Shown in pieces: positions 47,645-57,207 of a DNA stretch of 60,585 nt. Below the pieces are notes generated by a model. The model was given only the letters and a program-made list of their open reading frames with translations, searched no databases and was not told the DNA's origin. Source of the DNA: a virus. Made by a program: the position numbers and the translations under genes. The stretch is taken from the IMG/VR virus record IMGVR_UViG_3300034069_001005, positions 1-60,585 of that record; one strand, written 5' to 3'. The number at the start of each line of letters is the position of its first letter. The first letter of the stretch is position 1.

Positions 47645-48147
47645 TGGCCAGGGAGCCCGCGGCCGGCACCATTGCGGCGGCGGATGCCGCCGAGCTCCTG
47701 ATGATCGACAAACGCCAGGTGCAGCGCCTGGCCAAGGAGGGCTTCTATCCGCCGTCCGTCCGGGGCCGCTACCAGACGGTCCTCCTGGTCAGAGGCTATA
47801 TCCGGTCCCTGAAAGAGAGCCGCAAGGAGGACACGCGCATCTCGGCGGAGAACCGCGTCCGCGACGCTCGGGCCCGCGATTTCGAGGTGCGGACGGCCAG
47901 GGCCGCCCGGGAGCTCGCGCCGATCGCGGAGCTCGAGGCGGTCCTGGATGAGGTCGTGGGGGAGTTGCGTGCCGAACTCATCGGTCTAGGGTCCGAAATT
48001 ACCCGGGACCTAGATTTGAGGCGCAAAATTGACTCCGCAGTGGACGCCAAGTTCACCCGAGCTTGCCAGGCTATTGTCAAAAAAGCGTCGGCTCTTGCTG
48101 CGCACGGCGAAGCTCTGGAGGCCGACACCGAGGCAGAACCCGGATGA
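47644..48147 (+). CDS. Terminase small subunit (lambda Nu1-like)
   Basis: 167 aa. N-terminal HTH (AAELLMIDKRQVQRLAKEGF) followed by a helical region. The start shares a base with the formyltransferase TGA. Confidence 0.75.
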   Translation: MAREPAAGTIAAADAAELLMIDKRQVQRLAKEGFYPPSVRGRYQTVLLVRGYIRSLKESRKEDTRISAENRVRDARARDFEVRTARAARELAPIAELEAVLDEVVGELRAELIGLGSEITRDLDLRRKIDSAVDAKFTRACQAIVKKASALAAHGEALEADTEAEPG

Positions 48148-50149
48148 GTGGGCGGCCTCCAACATCGTCTATCCCGCGAGCTCCGGCGTTCCTGGAGCCC
48201 GCGACGTCCGCCTGACGCCCTATTGCATCCCGTTCCAGCGCGAGACCGTGTCGGGCCGCTGGCGGCGCACCGTGATGGTGTGCGGCGCCCAGATGGGCAA
48301 GACGGCGTCCTTCCTCGACATCATCGGCGAGCGCCTGGACAACCGGCCGGCCCCGATCCTCTACGTCGGCCCCACGGAGCAGTTCATCGAGGAGCAGCTG
48401 GCGCCGCGCGTCACCGAGCTATTCGAGACTTCCAAGAGCCTCGGCGCCAAGGTGAGCCGGGCCAAGCGCCAGCGGCAGGCGCTCCGCTACGTGGCGGGCG
48501 TGAAGCTCCGCTTGGCCCACGGCGGATCGTCCTCCGCCCTCAAGTCCGATCCTGCCTCCGTCGGCTTCGTGGATGAATACGACGAGATGTTGGCCTCGGT
48601 GAAAGGCCAGGGCGATCCCCTGGGCCTGGTCCAGGCGCGCGGGTTCACTTACGCGGATTTCCTCACGGTGGTCGCATCGACCCCAGGCCTCGGGATTGCA
48701 GACGTGGAACGAGACGACGCGAGCGGTCTGGAGTTCTGGCGCCGCTCCGATCCGGACGACATCCAGTCGCCGATCTGGGCGCTGTTCCAGACGGGCACCA
48801 TGCACCATTGGGCCTGGCCCTGCCCCCATTGCGGCGCCTATTTCGTCCCGCGGATGAAGAACCTGGATTTCAATCCGGAGGCCCGGCCGGCCCAGGTGCG
48901 CCGCGACACGGTGATGATCTGCCCGAACCCGACCTGCAAGGGCCGCATCATCGACAGCGAGCACAAGGCGGAGATGAACGCCCGGGGCCTGTTCGTGGCC
49001 TACGGTCAATGGATCGAGAATGGCGTGGTCGTGGGCGAGCCCGAGGACACCGACACGTTTTCGGTCTGGATCTCCGGCCTGTGCTCCCCGTTCCAGTCCT
49101 TCGGCGACCGCGCGGCCGAGCTCGTCGAACAGATGCAGAACGGGACGCCCTCCAAGGTCCAGACGGCCACGAACGCAGGCTTCGGGGAGCTCTACAGCCC
49201 CGGCGGCGGCGAGGTGCCGGAATGGCAGGCCGTGCAGCAGCTGAAACGCCCCTACAGCCCGATGACATGCCCCGCGGGCGTGATGGTCCTGACGGCGGCG
49301 GCCGACGTCCACAAGCGCCGCATCAACGTAGTGGTCCGGGGCTGGGGCAAGCGGGGGACTTCGTGGAAGATCTACTCCGTCGCGCTCGAGGGCGACACGC
49401 TGGAGCCCGACATCTGGCGGGAGCTTGAGGAGGTGCTGATGCTGCGCTTCCCGGTCCTCGACGACAGCGGCCGGACGCTCCCCATCAAGATCGCGTTCGT
49501 CGACTCCGGCTATCGGCCGGGCAAGCCGGAGATCGTGCCCGAGAACATGGTCTATGACTTCTGCCGGCGCCATCGGCGCTTCGTGTTCCCCACCAAGGGC
49601 GCCAGCCGGCCGCAGCGGACCGGCCTGGTCAAGTCGAACATCGAGGTCAACTACAAGGCCCAGGGCGACAAGTATGGGCTGGAGCTCATCACCTTGGACA
49701 CTGACGTGTGGAAGCGGTGGGTCCACGAGCGCATCCGCTGGGATCCGACGCGGCCCGGCGCGTGGTTCCTGGACGGCGAGTCCGACGAGGACTATGCGCG
49801 CCAGCTGGTGAGCGAAGCGCGGGTCAAGGGCGCGAACGGCAAATGGACGTGGGTGCCGCGCAGCAAGAAGAACCATTGGTTCGATTGCGAGACCATGAAC
49901 GCCGCGGCCGGCTACCTCTTGGGCGTCCAGCGCATCGGTCTGCGCCAGGGCGAGGATCCGGAGGAGGACCCGACGGACGACGAGCGGGGCGACGCGCCCG
50001 TGACGCCCGCCCCGGCGCCGGTGCCGGTGTCCGCCCCGGTGCCCCCCCTGGCGCCCGCCCCGGTGCCGGGCAAGACGCCGGGGCCGGCGGGGGACAATCC
50101 AACGGCGAACAAGTTTGCTATGCTGAGCGCGCGCATGAACAAGAGGTGA
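48029..50149 (+). CDS. Terminase large subunit (lambda gpA-like)
   Basis: LWRPTPRQNPDEWAASNIVYP parallels lambda gpA LFRPEPQTAVEWADANYYLP. Walker A-like CGAQMGKT. TTG start with a GAGG RBS. 119-nt overlap with terS. Confidence 0.9.
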   Translation: MTPQWTPSSPELARLLSKKRRLLLRTAKLWRPTPRQNPDEWAASNIVYPASSGVPGARDVRLTPYCIPFQRETVSGRWRRTVMVCGAQMGKTASFLDIIGERLDNRPAPILYVGPTEQFIEEQLAPRVTELFETSKSLGAKVSRAKRQRQALRYVAGVKLRLAHGGSSSALKSDPASVGFVDEYDEMLASVKGQGDPLGLVQARGFTYADFLTVVASTPGLGIADVERDDASGLEFWRRSDPDDIQSPIWALFQTGTMHHWAWPCPHCGAYFVPRMKNLDFNPEARPAQVRRDTVMICPNPTCKGRIIDSEHKAEMNARGLFVAYGQWIENGVVVGEPEDTDTFSVWISGLCSPFQSFGDRAAELVEQMQNGTPSKVQTATNAGFGELYSPGGGEVPEWQAVQQLKRPYSPMTCPAGVMVLTAAADVHKRRINVVVRGWGKRGTSWKIYSVALEGDTLEPDIWRELEEVLMLRFPVLDDSGRTLPIKIAFVDSGYRPGKPEIVPENMVYDFCRRHRRFVFPTKGASRPQRTGLVKSNIEVNYKAQGDKYGLELITLDTDVWKRWVHERIRWDPTRPGAWFLDGESDEDYARQLVSEARVKGANGKWTWVPRSKKNHWFDCETMNAAAGYLLGVQRIGLRQGEDPEEDPTDDERGDAPVTPAPAPVPVSAPVPPLAPAPVPGKTPGPAGDNPTANKFAMLSARMNKR

Positions 50150-50156
50150 TCCGCCG

Positions 50157-51950
50157 ATGTCGGCTCTGCAGAAGGTGAAAGCCGCATTCCGGGGCGGGAA
50201 GTCGGTCCCGTCTATCTCCCCGGCGTCCCGGGGGGCGGCCCTCCTCCGCGCGCTGAAAGACCGGGGCGTCCTCGGGCGGGGCGGGACGGCCGGCGCCTAC
50301 TTCATGCGCGAAGACAGCGGCTCGAACAGCCGCTTTCTGGCCGGGTGGCGCCCGGTGCTGCGCGACAGCCAGGACGTCGTGCGGTCCTCCTATGTCACGG
50401 CCACCGCCCGCGCGAGCGAGGCCATCGCCAACAGCGGATGGCTGGCGGGTGGCGTCCAGCAGGCCATCTCGTCGATCATGGGCGCAGGGCTCCGCCTCAA
50501 CGCGCGGCCCGACACGACGGTGATCGACTTCGACGGTCTCACGAACGACAAGGGCGAGGCGATCGACGCCGACGGCTGGGCGCGGTTCGTGGAGCGGCGG
50601 TGGGAGGTGTGGTCGAACACGCCGCGCGAATGCGACGCGGTCGGCCGCCAGACCATCAACCAGATGTGCAAGGCCGCCCTCAAGCAGTGGTTCCGGAGCG
50701 GGGAGATCTGCGCGATCATCCCGCACCGGAAGCTCCCTGGGGGCATTTCCGGCACCAAGGTGATGCTGATGCAGTCGCATCGGCTGTCGCAGCGGACCAA
50801 CGGGCTGGAGAACCTGGTCCAGGGCGTCCGGATGGACGCCTATGGCGTGCCGATCGCCTACGTGTTCGAGGAGCGCGCCTTCGGCTCATTCATGATCACC
50901 TACCAGGAGGTCAAGGCGGTCGACGCGATCGGCCGGCCCCAGGTGATCCATGTCTTCGAAGGCGGCCCGGGTGAGGTCCGCGGGATCTCGCCGCTGACTC
51001 CGGTGATCGCCGTCACCCGGCAATATGACCAGCTGTCGAACGCCACCCTGACGGCCGCGATCATTCAGACCATCTTCGCCGCCACGGTCGAGTCCGAGGT
51101 CCCGACCGCCGATTTCCTCCAGTCGCTCAAGTCGGGCGCCGAGCAGGGCCTGGACGGCGCCAACCTGGAGGCCTTCCTGGAGGCGACCAAGGGCTGGGCG
51201 TCCGGGACGCAATTCGATCTGGCCGAGGCCGGCAAGATCAATCACCTATTCCCGGGCGAGAAGCTCAGGTTCAACAAGTCGGAGCACCCGAACGGCAATT
51301 ATGAGGCCTTCGCCAAGTTCCTGCTGCGGGAGGAGGCGCGATGCCTCGGCCTGACCTTTGAGGAGTTTACCGGAGATTATACGGGCGCGACCTACTCCAG
51401 CGTCCGCATGTCGACCGCGCAGAACCACCAGATCACGCTCGATCGCCGCAAGAACATCGCGGGCGGCTTCCTCCAGCCGGTCTACGAGGCCTGGCTGGAG
51501 GAGGAGATCGAGGAAGGCCGGATCAAGTTTCCCGGCGGCCTTGAGGGGTTCCTGGCGGTGCGTGCCTCCGCGGCACGGGCGGACTGGCGCGGCCCGCCGA
51601 AGCCCCAGGCCGACGACGTCAAGATGGCCAATACGCATCGGCTCTACAAGCAGATGGGCATCATGCCCGACGAGCTCATCGCTGCGGATCTCGGCCTCGA
51701 CATCGAGGACGTCTACGAGGCCCTGCGCCGCGAGCAGCTGATGCGCGACAAGAACGGGATCGACATCCAGCTGTCCCCGGCCAGCATGGGCATCCCGGGC
51801 GCCCCGCCCATCCAGGGCTCGGCCCCCGGTGGAAAGCCCGACGACGGGGACGGCGGCGCCCCCGACGACAAGCCCGTCAAGCCCCCCGCCAAGCCCGGCG
51901 GCGGCGGGCCGGGCGCCCTCGACGATCTCCCCGACCTCCCGGAGGCATGA
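50157..51950 (+). CDS. Portal protein (lambda gpB family)
   Basis: 597 aa directly after terL. The size and conserved core pattern are those of lambda-family portals. Confidence 0.9.
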   Translation: MSALQKVKAAFRGGKSVPSISPASRGAALLRALKDRGVLGRGGTAGAYFMREDSGSNSRFLAGWRPVLRDSQDVVRSSYVTATARASEAIANSGWLAGGVQQAISSIMGAGLRLNARPDTTVIDFDGLTNDKGEAIDADGWARFVERRWEVWSNTPRECDAVGRQTINQMCKAALKQWFRSGEICAIIPHRKLPGGISGTKVMLMQSHRLSQRTNGLENLVQGVRMDAYGVPIAYVFEERAFGSFMITYQEVKAVDAIGRPQVIHVFEGGPGEVRGISPLTPVIAVTRQYDQLSNATLTAAIIQTIFAATVESEVPTADFLQSLKSGAEQGLDGANLEAFLEATKGWASGTQFDLAEAGKINHLFPGEKLRFNKSEHPNGNYEAFAKFLLREEARCLGLTFEEFTGDYTGATYSSVRMSTAQNHQITLDRRKNIAGGFLQPVYEAWLEEEIEEGRIKFPGGLEGFLAVRASAARADWRGPPKPQADDVKMANTHRLYKQMGIMPDELIAADLGLDIEDVYEALRREQLMRDKNGIDIQLSPASMGIPGAPPIQGSAPGGKPDDGDGGAPDDKPVKPPAKPGGGGPGALDDLPDLPEA

Positions 51951-51952
51951 CC

Positions 51953-52276
51953 ATGGCTGACGTCCCGACGACCCCCCCGGCGCTGTCCCGGGTCAACCCC
52001 GACAGCGTCTACGATTGGTGCGCCGCCTATAGCCGGCTGCGCGACGCCTACCAGACCGTCATCTCGGGCGGCACGGTCCGCAAGGTCCGCTTCCACAACG
52101 CGGGCGAGGAGAGAGAAACGGATTTCGAGCCCGGCAATGCGGAGGAGCTCCGCATGGCGATGGTGCAAGCCCGGGAGAATTGCGCCAAGCAGTGCAACGG
52201 CGGCCGCGGGACGCGGTTCGCTATGCAGGGGGGGCAGACCTTCGCCCCCCTGCGCGGGCGCGGAGGATGGTGCTGA
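51953..52276 (+). CDS. gpW-like head-tail joining protein (putative)
   Basis: YSRLRDAYQTVISGGTVRKVRFHNAGEERETDFEPGNAEELRMAMVQAR parallels lambda gpW ([36 protein letters not shown]). ATG 51953 has better RBS spacing than 51947. Confidence 0.45.
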   Translation: MADVPTTPPALSRVNPDSVYDWCAAYSRLRDAYQTVISGGTVRKVRFHNAGEERETDFEPGNAEELRMAMVQARENCAKQCNGGRGTRFAMQGGQTFAPLRGRGGWC

Positions 52277-53586
52277 TGGCCGACGAGATCGACCCCCCCG
52301 CGGCGGGCGAGCGCCGCCCGGTCCCCCACGTCCGGGATGCCGTGAAGGCGGCCACCTGGGCGATCACCGAGGAGGCCATGGCGACGATCGTGGCCATCGT
52401 CGAGCGCGAGAACACGCCCACCCTCGAGGCCCTGGAGGCCTATCGCGCCAAGCGCGTGGCCGGATCGGACACGATGTCGATCCGAGATGGCGTCGCCATC
52501 ATCAACGTGGCCGGGCCGCTGATGCGCTACGCTGACTTCTTCTCGGCGATCAGCGGCGCGACCTCATACGAGGAGCTGCGGACGGACCTGGCCATGGCGG
52601 TCGACAAGCCCGACGTCCGCGCCATCCTGCTGAACATCGATTCCCCCGGCGGCATGGTCAACGGCGCCAACGAACTGGCCGACGCGATCCGCGCCGCCTC
52701 CGCGGTGAAGCCCGTCGAGGCCTACGTGGGCCACCAGGCGGCGAGCGCGGCCTATTGGGTCGCGGCCGCCACCGGCAAGATCACCATGGAGGCCTCGGCC
52801 ATGGTCGGATCCATCGGCGTCATCCAGGGGATTCGGGACACGAGCGAGCGCGACGCCAAGAGCGGCGTCAAGACGGTGCAGTTCGTGTCCTCGCAGTCGC
52901 CGAACAAGGTGATTGACCACAACGCGCCCGCCGGCCAGAAGAAAATCCAGAAAATGGTTGACGATCTGGCCGCCGTGTTCGTCTCCTCGGTTGCGAAGCA
53001 CCGGGGCATCACGCCAGAGGCGGTGATCGACAAGTTCGGCGGCGGCGGCATCAAGGTCGGCGCCGAGGCGGTACAGGCCGGAATGGCGGACGCCATCGGC
53101 TCGTTCGAGGGTACGCTCAAGGCCCTGGCGTCCTCCTCCATCACATCAGGCCAGGCACGAGGATTTAGATCCATGTCCGACGACAAGACGCACACGAAGG
53201 CCGAGCTCGACACGGCCGCCACCACCGCGCAGGCCACCGGCCGCGCCGAGGCCCAGGCCCGGATCAAGGACATCCTGGCGCTCGACGAGGCCAAGGGCCG
53301 CCGCGAGCAGGCCGAGCACCTGGCCTTCGACACCGACCTGACCGTCGCCCAGGCCAAGGGCATCCTGGCCAGGGGCCACAAGGAGCCCGACGCGGCGCCC
53401 ACGGGTGGCCGCGCCGCCCCGGCGGGTGGCGATGCCCAGGGCCGCGCCAAGGACGCGGCTGGCGGGCTCGCCATGGCGGGCTTCACCACCGAGCAGCAGG
53501 GCCAGGGCCAGGGCGAGAAGAAGCCCGAGCCGAAGGCGATCAGCCACACGTCGATCTACGGCAAGATGAACGAGAACGTCCGCTGA
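52276..53586 (+). CDS. S49-family prohead protease with C-terminal scaffold-like region (lambda gpC/Nu3 arrangement)
   Basis: ILLNIDSPGGMV...KPVEAYVGHQAASAAYWVAAA...MVGSIGV are S49/SppA motifs. The C-terminal ~130 aa are helical and Ala/Glu/Lys-rich. ATG 52276 overlaps the previous TGA. Confidence 0.85.
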   Translation: MADEIDPPAAGERRPVPHVRDAVKAATWAITEEAMATIVAIVERENTPTLEALEAYRAKRVAGSDTMSIRDGVAIINVAGPLMRYADFFSAISGATSYEELRTDLAMAVDKPDVRAILLNIDSPGGMVNGANELADAIRAASAVKPVEAYVGHQAASAAYWVAAATGKITMEASAMVGSIGVIQGIRDTSERDAKSGVKTVQFVSSQSPNKVIDHNAPAGQKKIQKMVDDLAAVFVSSVAKHRGITPEAVIDKFGGGGIKVGAEAVQAGMADAIGSFEGTLKALASSSITSGQARGFRSMSDDKTHTKAELDTAATTAQATGRAEAQARIKDILALDEAKGRREQAEHLAFDTDLTVAQAKGILARGHKEPDAAPTGGRAAPAGGDAQGRAKDAAGGLAMAGFTTEQQGQGQGEKKPEPKAISHTSIYGKMNENVR

Positions 53587-53626
53587 TCGGCGCCGCCGCC
53601 CCGTAACTCCTCCAAGGTGATCCACC

Positions 53627-53995
53627 ATGTCCAACTTCCGCTACGAGGGCCTTCACCCGGGCTCGTTCATCCTCCGGGAGTCCGAAGGCACGCTGAGCCG
53701 CGACAACGCCACGATCTCGGGCGGCACCGTCGTGCAGACCGGCCAGGTGCTCGGCCAGATCACGGCCACGGGGAGCTTCGTCCCGTGGAACCCGGCCGCC
53801 AACGACGGCTCGCAGAACGCCTGTGCCCTGCCCGTCTACAAGTATGACGTGGTCGCGGGCGACGTGAAGGGCGTGATCCTGGCGCGCAACTGCTCCGTGA
53901 TCGCGGACCAGATCGTGTGGCCGGTGGGCGTCTCTCCCGCCGACAAGGCGGCCGCCATCGCCGCTCTGAAGAAGCTCAATATCCTGGTCCGCTGA
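53627..53995 (+). CDS. Head decoration protein (lambda gpD-like)
   Basis: 122 aa between the protease and the major capsid gene. The pattern is ...GQVLGQITATGSFVPWNPAANDGSQNA...GVILA. Confidence 0.75.
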   Translation: MSNFRYEGLHPGSFILRESEGTLSRDNATISGGTVVQTGQVLGQITATGSFVPWNPAANDGSQNACALPVYKYDVVAGDVKGVILARNCSVIADQIVWPVGVSPADKAAAIAALKKLNILVR

Positions 53996-54033
53996 TCGCA
54001 ATCCGGCCGGCCTGAACTCAAAGGAGAGCCACC

Positions 54034-55071
54034 GTGCTCGACATCTTTAACGACGACGCGTTCACGTTGATCTCGCTCACCGGCCGGATCAACGACCTCC
54101 CCTATCGGCCCGGCCAGATCAGCGCCTCCGGCCTGTTCCACAGCGACGGCATCGACACCACGATTGTCGCTCTGGAGAAGCGCCAGAATGACATCGGCCT
54201 CGTTGGCCTGACGCCGCGCGGCGGCCCGGGCGAGACGATCGGCATCAAGGACGACGCGCTGCTCTACTTCCCGGTGCCGCATTTCCAGCGCGACGACGCG
54301 ATGATGGCCGACGAGGTTCAGGGCCGCCGCGCCTTCGGCACCAATGAGCTCGACACGATCCTGAATCGCCTGGACCGCAAGGTTCAGCGGCATCTCGGCG
54401 ACTTCGACACCACCCTGGAGCACCAGCGGGTGGGCGCCATCAAGGGCTACGTGACCGACAAGTTCGGGAACATCTACCTCAACCTGTTCCAGACCTTCGG
54501 CATCGCGCCCCCCGAGCCGATCGTCTTCCCCTTCTCGGTCGCGGCGGCCCGGACGTCCGCCATCTATGGCGACATCGCCAAGGCGGCCCGCGCCCTGCGG
54601 ATCCGGATGGAGGATTCGATCGACATCACCTACACGGGTGTCGACGCCTGGTGCGGCGCGAGCTTCTTCCAGGCGCTCATCGACCTCCCCGAGGTCCGGG
54701 GCACCTATCTGAACCAGACCGCGGCGGCCGAGCTCCGCGGGGCCCGCAACATCGACGCGGCCGACACCCTCGACTATGGCTCGATCGTCTGGCACCGCTA
54801 CCGCACGGGCCGCAAGGCCACCGCGGCCAACGGCAACAGCCCGTTCATCGGCGACACGGAGGCCCGCCTGGTCATTCGCGCGACCCAGCCGATCTTCGAG
54901 ACCCGCTTCGCCCCGGCGGACTACAACGAGACCGTGAACACCATCGGCCTGCCCCGCTACATGCGGATGCGGCCGCGGCGTGACGACAAGGGCATGGAGA
55001 TCGAAGTCCAGATGAATTCCATCTCCTACTGCACCCGGCCCGAGACGCTGTTCTCGGTCACGATGGGCTGA
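54034..55071 (+). CDS. Major capsid protein (lambda gpE family)
   Basis: 345 aa, GTG start with an AAGGAGA RBS. The N-terminus MLDIFNDDAFTLISLTGRINDLPYRPGQI is typical of the gpE family. Confidence 0.85.
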   Translation: MLDIFNDDAFTLISLTGRINDLPYRPGQISASGLFHSDGIDTTIVALEKRQNDIGLVGLTPRGGPGETIGIKDDALLYFPVPHFQRDDAMMADEVQGRRAFGTNELDTILNRLDRKVQRHLGDFDTTLEHQRVGAIKGYVTDKFGNIYLNLFQTFGIAPPEPIVFPFSVAAARTSAIYGDIAKAARALRIRMEDSIDITYTGVDAWCGASFFQALIDLPEVRGTYLNQTAAAELRGARNIDAADTLDYGSIVWHRYRTGRKATAANGNSPFIGDTEARLVIRATQPIFETRFAPADYNETVNTIGLPRYMRMRPRRDDKGMEIEVQMNSISYCTRPETLFSVTMG

Positions 55072-55078
55072 TACCGTC

Positions 55079-55098
55079 GCCCCCTCAACCGAGGGGGC
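55079..55098 (+). other. 8-bp GC hairpin (GCCCCCTC-AACC-GAGGGGGC) just after the capsid gene
   Basis: Read directly. It is followed by TT and the next ATG. It may be a partial terminator or mRNA stabiliser boosting capsid transcript levels. Confidence 0.5.
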
Positions 55099-55102
55099 TT
55101 CC

Positions 55103-55498
55103 ATGTCCGACGATCCTTTCACCGCCGCCGATGCGAAAAGCTCGGCGGCGGTTGATTTATGTATGGGCAAGGCGATGACGCTGCTGCCCTGGGAAAAGCA
55201 GACGCGCATGCGCCAGGCTGGGCCCGACGTCACCCGGCCCGCCGTCCCGTTCCGCGGCACCTATGGCGGCGCCATGGGCCAGCAGAAGGCCGGCGGCGAC
55301 AGGGCCGGCAACGACATGGAAGGCCGCGTGCAGACCAAGCAGCGCAGCGTGACGTGCGACTTTCGCTCCTGGCCGACGAGCGGCACCAAAGGCGATCGCA
55401 TCCGAGTCGACGGGGTCCTGGGCGCGCCCACCATCGAGATCGTCCAGATCGACAACGACGGCGTGAACCGCGTCATCGTGAAGGGAGTCCTCGTATGA
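55103..55498 (+). CDS. Head-tail joining protein (lambda FII-like, putative)
   Basis: 131 aa. The C-terminal KGDRIRVDGVLGAPTIEIVQIDNDGVNRVIVKGVL parallels lambda FII RGDTLTIGEENFWVDRVSPDDGGSCHLWL. Confidence 0.5.
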   Translation: MSDDPFTAADAKSSAAVDLCMGKAMTLLPWEKQTRMRQAGPDVTRPAVPFRGTYGGAMGQQKAGGDRAGNDMEGRVQTKQRSVTCDFRSWPTSGTKGDRIRVDGVLGAPTIEIVQIDNDGVNRVIVKGVLV

Positions 55499-56328
55499 GC
55501 CTGTCCCGAATGTTCCTCCGGATGATCACGGCCAAGGCGCTGTCCGGGAAGACGCTCGCCGCCGATCGCGTCCGGGACTCAGACGTCTCCGACCTCTCCG
55601 AGCTCATGACGGCGGAGGCCGCGCCCATGATCGTCATCTACACGGACGACCAGGTGGCGGAATACGACGCCAAGGAGCTCTTCAACCCGAAGGGCCACAT
55701 CCTCCTCACCGTCCAGATCTCGATTGCGGGCGCCACGCAAGGCGAGATCGGGCCCGATAACCAGGTGGTGGCCACGGCGGCGGGCGATGAGGCGCCATCG
55801 CGCTTCTACGTCCCCTCCACCTCGTCTGGGCTGGAGGCCATGATCGACATCATCGAGGCCCAGATCAAAGCCGCCCTGACCGACAAGGACAGCGTGTGGG
55901 CCGAGATCTGGGCGGACTACGTCACGAAATACAGGCGGAGCCAGAGCTTCCGGGGCGCCTCCGATCAGCAGGGGACGCGCTTCGCGGTGCGCCAGTTCAA
56001 CATCGAGGTCGAGGTGCGAAGCGAGCCGACACCCGGGCGCGGCGTCACCCCCACCTATGCGCGGATCCTGGCGGCGCTCAAGGACGACGCCGACGAGACC
56101 TACGCCGACCTCGTGCCGCTCCTCACCGCCGTCATGGTCGGCAAGCCCCTCCAGCCATTCGAGCTCGAGGCGCGCCAGGCGGGCATCTCCATGGCCACGC
56201 GCGCCATCATGGGCGAGCAGCCGCTACCTGGCGCCGCCCCGGGCCAGGCCGTCTCCGACATCATCGTGGACCCCATGGGGCTGTCCGCGACCGACACCGA
56301 GGCCGTGCCGGCCGGGAGCAAGTCATGA
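55495..56328 (+). CDS. Hypothetical virion protein, 277 aa
   Basis: In-frame ATG of track ORF 55159..56328 with ATGA overlap. No family recognised. Confidence 0.55.
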   Translation: MSLSRMFLRMITAKALSGKTLAADRVRDSDVSDLSELMTAEAAPMIVIYTDDQVAEYDAKELFNPKGHILLTVQISIAGATQGEIGPDNQVVATAAGDEAPSRFYVPSTSSGLEAMIDIIEAQIKAALTDKDSVWAEIWADYVTKYRRSQSFRGASDQQGTRFAVRQFNIEVEVRSEPTPGRGVTPTYARILAALKDDADETYADLVPLLTAVMVGKPLQPFELEARQAGISMATRAIMGEQPLPGAAPGQAVSDIIVDPMGLSATDTEAVPAGSKS

Positions 56329-56951
56329 CGCGCCGCCGAGGATCCGGATCTCCCGCGCTCGCGGAGGCGCGCGTCCGCCAGTTCGTCGACCGGATCGGCC
56401 GGCTGGAGGCCGACCTGGCCGAGACGAACCGGCGCATGGAGAACATGCTGCGCCCCGGCGCCGTGACGGATGTCGATCCGCAGAAGCGCCAATACCGCCA
56501 GGAGATCGGGCGGGACACGGACGGCACGGTCCAGAAGTCGGGCTGGATCCGGTACGCGCAGCATGCGGGCGCTCTCAAGGGGCACACCCCGCCGATCGTG
56601 GGGCAATCCATGCTGGTCCTGTCGCCGAGCGGCGACCTGGAGCAAGGGATCGGGATCCCGTTCGGCTGGAACAACGCCAACCCCGCGCCGGGCGACAGCG
56701 CGGATCACGTCTTCACCTACCTGTCCAAGATCAAACTGGAGATCTCGGACGGCAAGCTGGTGGCCACGATCCCGGACACCACCTTCAAGGTCGACGACGA
56801 TCACAGCTTCACGCTCGACAGCAGCGGCATGACGCACACGGGCCCGGTCAAGGCGCGGCCGAACAAGGACTCGCCCGCCAAGGCGATCGATGCCAGCCAC
56901 AAGCACGGCGGCGTGACCCCCGGTGGCGCGACCACGGATGTTCCGGCATAG
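56325..56951 (+). CDS. Baseplate assembly protein V / spike (P2 gpV, Mu gp45 type)
   Basis: LRPGAVTDVDPQKRQYR...PPIVGQSMLVLSPSGDLEQGIGIPFGW matches the gpV OB-fold pattern. ATGA overlap. Confidence 0.8.
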   Translation: MTRRRGSGSPALAEARVRQFVDRIGRLEADLAETNRRMENMLRPGAVTDVDPQKRQYRQEIGRDTDGTVQKSGWIRYAQHAGALKGHTPPIVGQSMLVLSPSGDLEQGIGIPFGWNNANPAPGDSADHVFTYLSKIKLEISDGKLVATIPDTTFKVDDDHSFTLDSSGMTHTGPVKARPNKDSPAKAIDASHKHGGVTPGGATTDVPA

Positions 56952-56986
56952 TCCGCCGGCATCATGCACCAGCCAGGAGCAACGCC

Positions 56987-57205
56987 ATGGCCACCGACAA
57001 CTCCGCCACCTCGCCCTATGTCGTCACCAGCGTGGGCGGCGGCCGCCCCACGGTGGCCGGCCGCCTCCGGACGCCCGGCACCACCATCATGCTGACCGAC
57101 GAGCAGGCGCGGTGGGAGCGCAGCCGCAAGACAGTCGTCACCCCGGGCGAGTGGGAGGAGATGCACCCGCCCGCGGAGGCGAGCAGCGGCAGCGAGAAGG
57201 CCTGA
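56987..57205 (+). CDS. Hypothetical protein, 72 aa
   Basis: AGGAG RBS. Lies between the gpV-like and gpW-like genes. Confidence 0.45.
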   Translation: MATDNSATSPYVVTSVGGGRPTVAGRLRTPGTTIMLTDEQARWERSRKTVVTPGEWEEMHPPAEASSGSEKA

Positions 57206-57207
57206 CC

